From the NCBI GenBank assembly GCA_043799545.1, contig JAZDNO010000005.1, forward strand, positions 32,001 to 96,000: a stretch of 64,000 nucleotides of DNA, written 5' to 3'. The DNA comes from Methanobacteriota archaeon (lineage in GTDB: Archaea; Thermoplasmatota; Thermoplasmata; SG8-5; DAIRED01). The position numbers and the translations under genes were made by a program. Below, piece after piece: positions 8,725 to 18,712 of this stretch; the stretch's first letter is position 1, and each line of letters begins with the position of its first letter. Below the pieces are notes generated by a model. The model was not told the origin of the DNA and ran no database searches. It was given only the letters and a program-made list of their open reading frames with translations.

Positions 8725-10224
8725 TCAGAAGCCGTATATCTCTCCATACTTCTTCTTGAGGTATTTGGCGAAAGGCTCGACTTCGATTGCCTTGATGTTA
8801 TTGCGCTTGAGCAGCTCCTCTGTCGTGAATTTTGAACCGTGGCGGTAGATGCCCTCATTCAGCCAGCCGTGGAGCGTCTTGAACTTGCCGCGCTCTATCT
8901 CCTTTGGTATCGACGGCTTCGCCTTGACCGCCTTGTCGTAGAACTGAGCGCTCATGATTGTTCCCAGCGTGTAACCCTGGAAATACCCGACCAGCGTATG
9001 GTACCAGTGGACGTCCTGCATCACGCCTGCGCTGTAATCTGGAGGGGTCATCCCCAGGTCCGATTCGTATCTGCCGTTCCAAGCTCCAGGGAGCTCCTTT
9101 ACCGTCAGCGTTTCCTCCATCAGGGCCGTCTCGAGGTCGAACCTTATCATCGGGTGGATGTTGTACGTAACCTCGTCAGCCTCCGTCCTGATCAGGGAGG
9201 GGGTGACTTTGTTGATGGCCTTGTAGAATTCGTCGAGCGAAACGCCCTTGAATTGGGAGGGGAAGGTCTTCCTGAGCTCCGGGTAGAAGTGATTCCAGAA
9301 TCCCCGGCTTCTGCCAACGATGTTCTCCCAAAGGCGTGATTGGCTCTCGTGGATGCCGGTGGCAGCCCCGCCAGACAAAAGCCCTTCCAGTTTCGGGTCG
9401 GAGCCCTGCTCGTAAAGGGCGTGCCCCGTCTCGTGAATCGTGCTGAACAAAGATTCTGCCAGAAGCTTCTCGTTGTACCGGGTTGTGATGCGCACATCAC
9501 CTATCGAGAACGAGGTCGTGAAGGGATGCGGCGTCTTGTCGAGCCTCCCGCGCTTGAAATCGTAGCCGAGCTTCGCGGCGACGGCTTCGCCGAAGGTTTT
9601 CTGCAGCCCCTCAGGAAACTTGCCAGATATGCACGAATCGTCAACCTGCTCACAATCCGCAATCTTCTTTATCAACGGAACGAGCTCAGACCTGAGTTCC
9701 TTGAAAATCCCCTTCACTTTCTTGGTCTTCAAACCGTAGTCGTACATGTTTACGAGCGGGTCCATGACGTGGTCGTATCCAGGATAGAAATCAGAATACT
9801 GGCGCATGTAGTCGAAGGTCTTCTCCAGGTATGGCGCCACGGCCTTGAAATCGTTCTTTGGCCTCGCCTTGACCCAAGCCTCGTAGGATTCCGCGCCGTG
9901 CTTGAAGAGCTTCTCTGCGAACTCCGTGGGTATCTTCGTGACGAGGTCGTACTGAATTTTCGTCCTTCGAATCAGCGAAGCGTCGTCTGATTCGTAGTCC
10001 AGTTTCTTCTCCAGGAGGCGCAGCGATTTTAAAAGTTTTCCAAGGCCCGGATCCACCATCCGCTCGAAAGCCATCTTCTGCAGCCTCGTCATCTGGCGCG
10101 CCCTGGCGGCAGCTCCCCCGGGGGGCATGTAGGTCATCTGGTCCCAGCTAAGCACGCTGGCAGCCCCGCCAAGGTCAGACATTTCCATGAGCCTCTCCTT
10201 CAATTCCGCCAATCCCTTGTCCAT
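8725..10224 (-). CDS. M32 family carboxypeptidase (Taq-type)
   Basis: WDQMTYMPPGG, HPFT, HETGH zinc motif, GIHESQS, IRTEADE, QDVHW; start moved to ATG 10224 because an AT-rich TATA-like site lies near 10260. Confidence 0.95.
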   Translation of the reverse strand: MDKGLAELKERLMEMSDLGGAASVLSWDQMTYMPPGGAAARARQMTRLQKMAFERMVDPGLGKLLKSLRLLEKKLDYESDDASLIRRTKIQYDLVTKIPTEFAEKLFKHGAESYEAWVKARPKNDFKAVAPYLEKTFDYMRQYSDFYPGYDHVMDPLVNMYDYGLKTKKVKGIFKELRSELVPLIKKIADCEQVDDSCISGKFPEGLQKTFGEAVAAKLGYDFKRGRLDKTPHPFTTSFSIGDVRITTRYNEKLLAESLFSTIHETGHALYEQGSDPKLEGLLSGGAATGIHESQSRLWENIVGRSRGFWNHFYPELRKTFPSQFKGVSLDEFYKAINKVTPSLIRTEADEVTYNIHPMIRFDLETALMEETLTVKELPGAWNGRYESDLGMTPPDYSAGVMQDVHWYHTLVGYFQGYTLGTIMSAQFYDKAVKAKPSIPKEIERGKFKTLHGWLNEGIYRHGSKFTTEELLKRNNIKAIEVEPFAKYLKKKYGEIYGF

Positions 10225-10286
10225 TGCAACGACCCGTCCATCAATCGACATCGGTGGTAATAAAGGTTGTATTGGTGGCAGACCGC

Positions 10287-10961
10287 TCACGGAACGATTT
10301 CGTAGACCAAGGCGTTCACGCGCTTTCCAGCAACACGGATGACGCCTGCCCTTCTCAAGGCGTATGCGGCCTTTCCCGCGACCGCAACCGGACATTTGGC
10401 TGCATCAGCCAACTCCCGAACGGTGAAGCTCTCATGAAGCCCGCGCGGCAGCAAGCGGCGATAGTCAGCCAAAGATGCCAGCACGATGCTCCCTTCCACT
10501 CCGAGCAGCTTCCGATCGGCAACGCTCACGCCCCTCCTGCGCCAGCTTCCGAGCCCGTCGTCGACTGTGGCAAGCTCTTCCCGGACGAGGACGATTTCGA
10601 CGGTAAGGTTCGGATCCATCAACAGCGGCGATATGGGCGCGAGCTCGCCGAGCCCATCCAGAACGCCCCTGCGCTTCGGGGACCTCCTCCGTCCGGCCAC
10701 GCTTCCGTCGGCGCGCAAGCGCACGCACTCCCGTTTCGCGACAACTGGGTAAATGATGTGGACGGGATGCCGCGGCAGCAGGTTTGCGAGCTTCGCCTTA
10801 AATCCAGAGAAACCCCCTGTCTGTATCTCGATGAGGCGCCCGTCGCGGACAATGTCCACAACGTAACCGTCGACCTTATCCTCCAGCAGATCGCCTGGTC
10901 TTGCGAAACGCTCCTTCAAAGCAGCGTGGAGGGACTTCTCGGAAAGGGTTCCGATGCCCAT
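10287..10961 (-). CDS. Conserved hypothetical protein, PD-(D/E)xK nuclease-like with C-terminal HTH
   Basis: EKSLHAALK..YVVDI..IEIQT pattern; C-terminal FTVRELADAAK..A helix-turn-helix. Confidence 0.6.
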   Translation of the reverse strand: MGIGTLSEKSLHAALKERFARPGDLLEDKVDGYVVDIVRDGRLIEIQTGGFSGFKAKLANLLPRHPVHIIYPVVAKRECVRLRADGSVAGRRRSPKRRGVLDGLGELAPISPLLMDPNLTVEIVLVREELATVDDGLGSWRRRGVSVADRKLLGVEGSIVLASLADYRRLLPRGLHESFTVRELADAAKCPVAVAGKAAYALRRAGVIRVAGKRVNALVYEIVP

Positions 10962-10962
10962 C

Positions 10963-11436
10963 CTACACCCCGATGTTGAAACACATCCAGCGAATCATGT
11001 AGCCTATCGAGAGTTCGAGAACCAAAGGATCGAGCTTTTCGTCATCCGAATTGACCAGGAGCGTGTAGTCCTTGAGGGATTTCTCCCCCTCCGCAGATAT
11101 CACGATTTTGCCTCCGTCGACCAGAGGCCATATGATGAAACCAGTCACCTTCTCCTTCATGTAATACCGGCCCGAGCCAGTTTCGAATATCGGGAGCTTT
11201 AGCTCCCTGTCTCCTACCGGTCTTTTCACAAGTATTGAGCCGTGCACGAAGTCATAGTGTATCTGGCAGACTTCCAAACCTTCCCGGTCATAGACGCGGT
11301 ATTTCAGCGAAAAAGCTCTCTTCACCGCTTCCCAGAAGCCTGGCCTTTCCCAACCCTCCGGTTTTGCGACGTACGCCCTCCCGTCGGCGATAGCCTCCAC
11401 ATTCATTCCGTCGCGCCAAGCCTTTACCAGCTTCAT
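10963..11436 (-). CDS. Hypothetical protein
   Basis: Coding-like ORF whose stop abuts the next gene's start; no recognisable motif; start uncertain. Confidence 0.6.
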   Translation of the reverse strand: MKLVKAWRDGMNVEAIADGRAYVAKPEGWERPGFWEAVKRAFSLKYRVYDREGLEVCQIHYDFVHGSILVKRPVGDRELKLPIFETGSGRYYMKEKVTGFIIWPLVDGGKIVISAEGEKSLKDYTLLVNSDDEKLDPLVLELSIGYMIRWMCFNIGV

Positions 11437-11558
11437 CGGGCATCGTATTTCGAAGGGATTTAAGTCACTTTTGATAGGGCCGATGCTGACGAATCCCGAT
11501 TCCGATGCGCCGAGCCAAACCATTTCAACCCCCTTGCATATACGGAAACGGCGATTGA

Positions 11559-13274
11559 ATGGACCTCAAGAAGAAATATCCGAGGAAGTTCCTGAAGAAG
11601 GGAGAGAACATGGGCAACCCCAAGGCAATCCGGGCGGCCTATTCGCGCCTCGACAAGATGCCCATGGGGGACAAAATGGAGACCGCCAGGTTTTGCGAGG
11701 CCTGGGGCGAGGCGGTCTCGGGGATTTTCGAGGTCTTTGCCCGTTCTTACTGGGCGGTCACGACGGACACTAGGGACAAGAAGGCGGAGAAGGAATATTC
11801 GCGGCTTGCCGAGGAGGTCATCCCCCTGCAGGAGGAGCTGGACGACAAAGTCAAACGCCGGCTCTTAAAGGCAAAGAAGGAATGGGTCCCGAAGGATCTG
11901 GCCGTTTTCAGGACGAAGGCTGAATGGGCGGTGAAACTCTACAGGGAGGAGAACCTTCCCAGAGTTGGGGAGAACATAAAGCTGGCGAACGAGTACCAGA
12001 GGCTGGTATCGGAATGGCAGACGGAGTTCGACGGGAAAAGGCGCACGGCTTCGCAGCTCAGGCCATATCTTGAGAAGCCGGACCGCAAGTTGCGCGAGAA
12101 GGCCTGGCGCGCGAGGATGAAGATGCAGGCCGACGATTGTGCAAAGCTGGACGCGCTCTTCGACCGCATGCTCGTGGTTAGAAACCAGATGGCCAAGGCG
12201 GCGGGCCTGCCCGATTACGTCGAATACCAGTACAGGCGATACTCCCGGCTCAGCTACGACCGCAAGGACGCGGAGAAGTTCAGGGCCGCCATCCACAAGT
12301 ACGTCGTTCCAGCGGCCTCCATGATATTCGAGCGGAGGAGGAAGATGCTCCGGCTCCCTACAATACGGCCTTGGGACCTGGCCGCCAATCCCGACGGAGC
12401 GGACCCTCCGAAGGTGTACAGGGACATACCCGACTTAAAAGCGAAGGCGGTCAAGGTTCTCGGGGCTGTCGACCCCGAGTTCGCCGAGGCGTTCACGCTT
12501 TTGGACAAAAAAGGGTATCTGGACCTGGAAAACAGGCCGGGCAAGGCTCCAGGGGCTTACTGCAACGACTATGCCGAGGAGCGCATGACCGTGATATTCT
12601 GCAACTCCGTCGGAACGAGCGGCGATTTCGACACGCTGATGCACGAGGGGGGGCACGCGATTCACGGGTTGATGTGCCGGGACAAGAACGCCATGGCAAG
12701 GGACGTGCCCCTCGAGTTCGCGGAGCTGGCATCGATGGCGATGGAGAAGCTCTCGCGGCCGCACTGGAACATGGTTTACAACAAGAAGGACGAGGTGCGA
12801 ATCAAGAGGCAGCAGCTCGAAACGGCGATGACGTTCCTTCCGTTCATGGCCATGCTGGACGAGTTCCAGGCCTGGGTGTATTCGGACCCAAAAGGGGCCA
12901 GGGCTGCGGAGAGGTCCAAATTCTGGGCCGGTCTCGAGAAGAAATACCGCCCCCACATCGACTGGTCCGGACTCGAGCAAGAGGAGGGGATGGGATGGCA
13001 GTACAACCACGTGTACACGGTTCCGCTGTACTACATCGAATACGGCATCGCCCAGGTCGGAGCTCTGCAGGTCTTCCTGCGGTCCAAGCGCGATTATGAG
13101 AAAGCTGTGAAAGACTACAAAAAAGGCCTGTCGCTCGGTTGCACGGTGGGGTTGCCAGAGCTATACAAGGCTGCGGGAATCAAGCTCGTGATGAAGGAGC
13201 CCGATATCCTCGGCAAAGTTGTTGGCGGGATAATGGGGGAAGTGGGGCTAGCCCGATATCCAGGAGGGCTGTGA
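11559..13274 (+). CDS. M3 family oligoendopeptidase
   Basis: RPGKAPGAYC, HEGGH zinc motif, EFAELASMAME, HVYTVPLYYIEYGIAQ. Confidence 0.95.
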   Translation: MDLKKKYPRKFLKKGENMGNPKAIRAAYSRLDKMPMGDKMETARFCEAWGEAVSGIFEVFARSYWAVTTDTRDKKAEKEYSRLAEEVIPLQEELDDKVKRRLLKAKKEWVPKDLAVFRTKAEWAVKLYREENLPRVGENIKLANEYQRLVSEWQTEFDGKRRTASQLRPYLEKPDRKLREKAWRARMKMQADDCAKLDALFDRMLVVRNQMAKAAGLPDYVEYQYRRYSRLSYDRKDAEKFRAAIHKYVVPAASMIFERRRKMLRLPTIRPWDLAANPDGADPPKVYRDIPDLKAKAVKVLGAVDPEFAEAFTLLDKKGYLDLENRPGKAPGAYCNDYAEERMTVIFCNSVGTSGDFDTLMHEGGHAIHGLMCRDKNAMARDVPLEFAELASMAMEKLSRPHWNMVYNKKDEVRIKRQQLETAMTFLPFMAMLDEFQAWVYSDPKGARAAERSKFWAGLEKKYRPHIDWSGLEQEEGMGWQYNHVYTVPLYYIEYGIAQVGALQVFLRSKRDYEKAVKDYKKGLSLGCTVGLPELYKAAGIKLVMKEPDILGKVVGGIMGEVGLARYPGGL

Positions 13275-13311
13275 AGGGATTAAATATCCAGAAACCCTTA
13301 TTGTCCAATCG

Positions 13312-14562
13312 ATGGAGTCTGAAATCTCAAGGAAGGTCGCGCAGATCATGGAGCGCGAGATGGGCTCCGCCGGCGCCTCAATCATCGAGCGCCAGTGCGA
13401 GCAGTTAGGCCTGGACAAGGAGAACCTCCGCCCCAACGACCTGCCGCGGCTCGCTGGACGCCTCTCGGAGCTTATGCGCGTGATGGGGGGCCACCAGAAG
13501 GCTAACCGCATCTATCAGGAGATACAGAAGCTCGCCGACCTCGAAAGGATCGCCGAGCTTGCGCCAACCGACGATTCCAGGCTCGCGCTTTTCGAGGACC
13601 TCGCGAAGGGGAGCATGTTTTCGGGGGACTGGCAAAAGGCGATATTCTATTTCAAGAAGCTCCTCCATAACGCCGAGGTGGGGAAGAATCGCTCAGGCAT
13701 GGCGAAGTATCTGATATGGATAGGTTTCGTCCACAAGGAGAAGAGCTCGCTTGACCAGGCAATGACGTTCTATGAGCGGGCGATGCGCTTCGCGGAGTCG
13801 GTCGGAGACGACGACCAGCTCTCGCACTGCCACTACCAGATGGGGGACGTCCTGTGGTACACGGGAGAACTGGACAGGGCACTGGAATCGTACCAAAAGG
13901 CGCTGAACCTCGCCACGAGCATCAAGTTCAAAGGGGCGGCGCACGTGGGCATCGGGAACATGCTGATGAACAAGCACGATTTTCCGGCGGCGACCGGCCA
14001 CTACCGCGAAGCGCTCAAGCTCCTCGAAGGGACGGACGACTACCTCGACCAGGCGCGGGCATACAACAACATCGGCGACGTCCACCTCCAGCTCAAGGAA
14101 TGGGACTCGGCCGTCGAGTGCTTCGACGAGAGCGCCGAGCTGGCGGAGAAGGGCGGGTGGCTGAACGTGCGCGCTTTCACCCAGTTCAATACGGCGGATG
14201 CGCTCGTCCACAAGGGCGACTACGGCAAGGCCAAGGAAATGCTTGAAAAAAGCATGGAGATATTGCTGCTGATAGACAGCAAAAGCGGGTTGGCCGGGGC
14301 GCACCACGTATACGCGAAGCTGTTCATGGCTTTGAAGGACTACCCGAAAGTGGTCGAACACTACAAGGCGGCAATCGAAATTTACGAGCTGGCAAAAATC
14401 CCGTTCTACAGGGCTCAGTGCAATTACGAACTGGGCAAAGCCTACATCGAGATGGGCGACAGGGAGAGGGCCCAGGGGCACTTCCACGAAGCCACCAGGA
14501 TTTACGGGGAACTCAATCTTGACACGATGGTAAAAAAGGCGATGGATGCGGCGGGGCGCTAG
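13312..14562 (+). CDS. TPR protein with small N-terminal helical domain
   Basis: Repeated TPR consensus (ARAYNNIGDVHL..WDSAVECF); N-terminal EMG..G..I.ERQC.QLGL domain. Confidence 0.9.
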   Translation: MESEISRKVAQIMEREMGSAGASIIERQCEQLGLDKENLRPNDLPRLAGRLSELMRVMGGHQKANRIYQEIQKLADLERIAELAPTDDSRLALFEDLAKGSMFSGDWQKAIFYFKKLLHNAEVGKNRSGMAKYLIWIGFVHKEKSSLDQAMTFYERAMRFAESVGDDDQLSHCHYQMGDVLWYTGELDRALESYQKALNLATSIKFKGAAHVGIGNMLMNKHDFPAATGHYREALKLLEGTDDYLDQARAYNNIGDVHLQLKEWDSAVECFDESAELAEKGGWLNVRAFTQFNTADALVHKGDYGKAKEMLEKSMEILLLIDSKSGLAGAHHVYAKLFMALKDYPKVVEHYKAAIEIYELAKIPFYRAQCNYELGKAYIEMGDRERAQGHFHEATRIYGELNLDTMVKKAMDAAGR

Positions 14563-15857
14563 GCAACGGCGCTCAGGGTTCGCTCGGCTTTCTCCAGGTA
14601 TTTCTTAGCCCCTATGGTCTTGAACGTTTCCACCGCGCGTCCCAATAACTCCCTCCCCCTCTTCTTCTCTCCCTTGTTGAGGAGCATCTCGCCCCATTCC
14701 ATGGCGAGGTGGGCGTTGTTGAACGGCGAGTTGATTTTTTTCAGGACATCCTCGGATTGCCTGAAGCACTTCTCTGAGTTCTCCCAGTCCTTCTTCAGCC
14801 TGTGGGCGAGGCCGAGGTCCCTGTATGCCGCCGACATTCCCACCAAATCGTTCAACTGAAGGAGGATTTCGAGAGACTCGGTGCAGCGCTTAATCGTCTC
14901 GTCCGGCTTGCCCAGGCGAGCGTACGCTTCGCCGGAGTTGAACAGGCTCCACGCAATCATCATCCTATGGTTGATGGTCCCGGCGGCCTTCTTGCACTGG
15001 TCGAAGCACGTTATGGCGCTCTTCCAGTCATCCTTCTGAAGGTAGATGTCCCCGAGGTTGTTGAACGCCCTCGAAAGCTGCTGCTGGTCCTTGACGGCCT
15101 CCAGAAGCTCGATGGCGCTCCTGTAATGCTCAATCGCCTTGTCCAGGTTGCCAGTGTCGCTATATACGAGCCCGAATTCTATGTGGATGACCCCGATGGT
15201 CGCCTTGTCCCGCGACTCCTCGGCAACCTTCAGCGCCATCCCCAGATGGCTCTCGGCCTCCGAATACTCGCCCCTGCGCCAATAGACGTAGCCAAGCCCG
15301 GCCAGCGCGTCCGCGATTCCGATGGGGTGCCCGACCTTTCTCGAGAGCGCTATCCCGTGGTTGAAGTGGTCTATCGCCTCGTCCCAGTTGCTCCTGCGCT
15401 TGCAGATGTGCCCGATGTTGCGGTGCGCCTCGGCTACTTTCAGGAGGTCGCCGTGCGCCTTCCCGAGCTTGATGACCTTGGAATAATATTCTAGCGAATC
15501 GTCCCAGTCGCCGATGGTGTAGCAGATGGTCCCCAGCTTCGCATATGCGTCCAGCTCCTTTCGCTCGCGCAGGGGATCTCCGGGCTTCGAACTCAACGCC
15601 TCCAGCTCGGCCAGTATTTTGAACTTCAGAATCTCCTTGCCGATTTTGCTCGCCCTGTCGTCTCCCATCGTCGGCCTGAGCGCCCTTATCATCCGCTGGG
15701 AAAGGACAACCAGGTCTCCGGGCTTCACATCCTCCGGCTTGATGTTCAGCTCGGCGCATTGTTTTTTGTACACCGACATCCCGAGCTCCCCCATTTCCTG
15801 GTTGAGCATGCGCTGGATGGAAAGCCCGATGTGTTTACCGAGCAACTTGTCGACCAT
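14559..15857 (-). CDS. TPR protein, paralog of 13312..14562
   Basis: SRAFNNLGDIYLQKDDWKSAITCF and other TPRs; same N-terminal domain (QEMGELGMSVYKKQCAELNI). Confidence 0.9.
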   Translation of the reverse strand: MVDKLLGKHIGLSIQRMLNQEMGELGMSVYKKQCAELNIKPEDVKPGDLVVLSQRMIRALRPTMGDDRASKIGKEILKFKILAELEALSSKPGDPLRERKELDAYAKLGTICYTIGDWDDSLEYYSKVIKLGKAHGDLLKVAEAHRNIGHICKRRSNWDEAIDHFNHGIALSRKVGHPIGIADALAGLGYVYWRRGEYSEAESHLGMALKVAEESRDKATIGVIHIEFGLVYSDTGNLDKAIEHYRSAIELLEAVKDQQQLSRAFNNLGDIYLQKDDWKSAITCFDQCKKAAGTINHRMMIAWSLFNSGEAYARLGKPDETIKRCTESLEILLQLNDLVGMSAAYRDLGLAHRLKKDWENSEKCFRQSEDVLKKINSPFNNAHLAMEWGEMLLNKGEKKRGRELLGRAVETFKTIGAKKYLEKAERTLSAVA

Positions 15858-15952
15858 ATTGCCCCTCTCCACTATCATCATATTATATGGTCAAAACTAA
15901 TAAGCTTTTCTCACGGGGATGGCGTGCACCGTACAATATGGATGGCAAAACG

Positions 15953-16483
15953 TTAAAATTCCACGCCCTCTCTTCCAAGGATCCCTTTCTTGTATGGGTG
16001 CTTTATTTCGCGCATCTCCGTCACAAGATCCGCCATCTCGATTATCTCCTTTGCGGCGTAACGCCCGGTGACGACAACCTCGACATCATCTCTCCTGGCG
16101 CACAGCATATCGACGACCTCGGAGAGCGAGACCAGCCCCCAGTCTATTGCTGTGTTAAGCTCGTCGAGTATGAGCATATCCGCAGAGCCACCCGCGAGGG
16201 CGCTCTTGGCAAATTCTAGACCCTCTCTTGCTAGGTCCACGTCGACCTGGGCTGGGTTCTTGCGGTCCACGAACTCCGCCCTGCCGAACTGGCGTATTTC
16301 GAAGCCGGGGATGCGCTTCGCGCTTTCCAGCTCACCGTAGTTTATCCGTCCCTTCATGAATTGTACCATCAAAACCTTCAGGCCGTGACCCGCCGCGCGC
16401 ATGCCCAATCCAAGCGCGGCCGTGGTCTTCCCCTTTCCGTCGCCCGTATAGACGTGCAGATAACCGAGCACTTTCTTTGCCAT
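15953..16483 (-). CDS. cobO: Cob(I)yrinic acid a,c-diamide adenosyltransferase (CobO/BtuR type)
   Basis: VYTGDGKGKTTAALG, VQFMKG, ILDE, VVVTGR, EMREIKHPY. Confidence 0.95.
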   Translation of the reverse strand: MAKKVLGYLHVYTGDGKGKTTAALGLGMRAAGHGLKVLMVQFMKGRINYGELESAKRIPGFEIRQFGRAEFVDRKNPAQVDVDLAREGLEFAKSALAGGSADMLILDELNTAIDWGLVSLSEVVDMLCARRDDVEVVVTGRYAAKEIIEMADLVTEMREIKHPYKKGILGREGVEF

Positions 16484-16542
16484 CGCAATCGGAAGGGGTT
16501 GTCTTTATATTATCTTATCCCAATACGGGCCCAGTGAGATAA

Positions 16543-16836
16543 ATGCCATACGCGGTCTTCGCATTCAAGAAGGAACTGGGCTCGAAGGTGGACATGGTCC
16601 TGAAGGACGACCTAATCATGAGGCAGAGCATCACGCACAGGACGGGCGATGCGATGGGTGTGGGCGCGGAATTCAAAGTCGTTTTCGTCGAGGGCTCGGG
16701 CGAGGCTGTTGCCAGGGTTGTGGAGCTCATGAAGCCCCTGGAAATTGCCAACCACAAAGACCACGAGGCACTGCTGAAGAAGCTGAAGGACGAAGAGAAC
16801 GCGGCGTCGGAAGGCTTTGGAGCTATCTTTGGCTAA
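16543..16836 (+). CDS. Conserved archaeal hypothetical protein
   Basis: Coding-like composition, C-terminal AASEGFGAIFG; upstream AT-rich promoter-like gap. Confidence 0.7.
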   Translation: MPYAVFAFKKELGSKVDMVLKDDLIMRQSITHRTGDAMGVGAEFKVVFVEGSGEAVARVVELMKPLEIANHKDHEALLKKLKDEENAASEGFGAIFG

Positions 16837-16971
16837 TTTTGTTCGCAACCGATAGCTCTTGCAGAATCATCGAATACGCTGGGTAAACGAAGCGATTCTG
16901 CGGAGCCTTTCCATAATGCGAGAGCATCCAATACGAATTTTCGATGCAACATAATGCTTTCAAAATGGCTT

Positions 16972-17436
16972 TCACTCTACGCGCTGGCACTCCCTCTCTA
17001 GGAGACCGAGCTCCTTTGGTTCCAGCGCGGAGGGGTTGACGGGTATCAGCAGCCTCGCCCTGGTCAGAGCGATGTGCTCGTTTATCAGCGACAGGAGCTT
17101 CAGGACTGAGGTGAAATCGTTGCTCGTGACCAGGTATTCCAGCCCGTCCAGGATTATGACCGATTCCCCCTCTATTCTGAGAAAGACCGTGACGATGGTG
17201 TGTATCTTTAGAATGTGTTCGGGGTGGACGTTCTGGTAATTGTCCGACGACCTGTCGGTCCGCGCCAGCCAGATGACGGGGCACTTGAGGCCGTAGCGCT
17301 CCTTTATCATGTCCGGGTTGTGCCTTGAGAGGCACAGCCCCCTCGCCCCTCCGGCCAGCAATTCGTTGAAGGCTGCGTAGCTGGTGTCCGCCGAAGGCCC
17401 GACGAACAGATACGAGAGGCCCCGCAGCAATTCCAT
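16972..17436 (-). CDS. DUF835 domain protein
   Basis: GLCLSRHNP..VIWL..VHPE..VIILDGLEYLVTSNDF..LLIPVNPSAL. Confidence 0.9.
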   Translation of the reverse strand: MELLRGLSYLFVGPSADTSYAAFNELLAGGARGLCLSRHNPDMIKERYGLKCPVIWLARTDRSSDNYQNVHPEHILKIHTIVTVFLRIEGESVIILDGLEYLVTSNDFTSVLKLLSLINEHIALTRARLLIPVNPSALEPKELGLLERECQRVE

Positions 17437-17440
17437 CCGG

Positions 17441-18133
17441 TTACCTCAGGCCAGGCTGGACCGCGAAGCCCTCCGGCCCTATCTCGACGAGCTGCCTGCC
17501 GGTCACGTGCCTGGTTCCGCGCATCTTCAGGACTTCCAGGAATTTCCGCCTGACCTTGTCCTCCTCCGGATACGACAGCATGAGGACCCCGTCGACCATG
17601 TACGCTTCCATCTTCTTCGATATGTCCTCGTAGTTCATCTCGGCAGTGATGAGCGTGATGCAGTCGTAAGCCTTGAGCTTCGCGAAGAGCTCGTGCATGA
17701 ACTCGCGGGTCTCGCCGCGCCAGTGGAGCATATCTGTTATCGGAGTTATCGGGTCTATGACGAGCCTGTCCGGCATGTGCCTCTCCACCAGCTCCGTGAT
17801 TTTCCCCAATATGGCGCTCGGGTTGGATATGAGCTCCTTTCCCAGGTCCACGAAGATGACCTTCTCGCTCTCCACGAGCGCCTGATCGTAGAACACGAAT
17901 CCCGAGAGGAACTTCTGCACGACCCACTGCGGCTCGGATATCGCGGTGATGTAGAGCGCCTTCTCCCCGTTCTTCGCGGCCGAGAACATGCTCTGGACGC
18001 AGAGGGTGGTCTTCCCGGTGCCCGGCTCTCCCGCGACCAGCAGCGCGCAGGGGCTCGGCACGCCCCCGACTATCATGTCGTCCAGCCCAGGCACGCCGAG
18101 GGACTTCCTTTTAATGGTCCGCTCCGAGCTCAT
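17441..18133 (-). CDS. KaiC/RAD55-like ATPase
   Basis: GVPGLDDMIVGG, Walker A GEPGTGKT, LVIDP, LKMRGT. Confidence 0.9.
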   Translation of the reverse strand: MSSERTIKRKSLGVPGLDDMIVGGVPSPCALLVAGEPGTGKTTLCVQSMFSAAKNGEKALYITAISEPQWVVQKFLSGFVFYDQALVESEKVIFVDLGKELISNPSAILGKITELVERHMPDRLVIDPITPITDMLHWRGETREFMHELFAKLKAYDCITLITAEMNYEDISKKMEAYMVDGVLMLSYPEEDKVRRKFLEVLKMRGTRHVTGRQLVEIGPEGFAVQPGLR

Positions 18134-18549
18134 TTCGCGTCACCGCCGTCAATCTTGAAAAGGCACCTGGGCGCACCGGAGCTCTCGCACTCCACCTCGG
18201 CGCAGCTCACGCTCGCCCCGGTCTTCTCCTCGTACAGGCAGGTGATTACCCCGCGAAGCAGGTGGCAGCTCGGTGCCGCGCCGTTCCTGCTTTCAATGGA
18301 GCCCTTCACGACGACTTCGGCGCCATCGAACTCGACGACCTCGGCCCATCCCTCTTCCTTCAGGGCGCTGGCCGCGCTCCCGAAATAGTCCTTCGCGTGT
18401 TTCGACTCGCCGGCAATCCTTTTTCCCATTATCTTGCCAGTCCTGAAAAACATTCCGTGCGCCGCGAAGCTCATGACGGACTCGTACAACTTTTTTATGT
18501 CCCCGAGCTCCCCCTTGCTGTACCTCAGATATCTCTCCCGACCCGGCAT
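18130..18549 (-). CDS. V4R domain protein
   Basis: GSIES..PSCHLLRG..EVECESSGAPRCLF (V4R Cys pattern); overlaps the KaiC-like gene start by 4 nt. Confidence 0.85.
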   Translation of the reverse strand: MPGRERYLRYSKGELGDIKKLYESVMSFAAHGMFFRTGKIMGKRIAGESKHAKDYFGSAASALKEEGWAEVVEFDGAEVVVKGSIESRNGAAPSCHLLRGVITCLYEEKTGASVSCAEVECESSGAPRCLFKIDGGDAK

Positions 18550-18712
18550 GTGTAATCCCCCGCAAACATCCACTTTGGGGGTTAAATCACTTTCGATGCG
18601 CGCATGGAGAAACGTATATGCCCCGCCAGCTCTATCCAGGTGGCGGAAGGCTCAGGGATGGGTCGTATGTTGCGCAAACAGCTGGCAGGCCTGACCGGCA
18701 GGCGGCGGTAAA

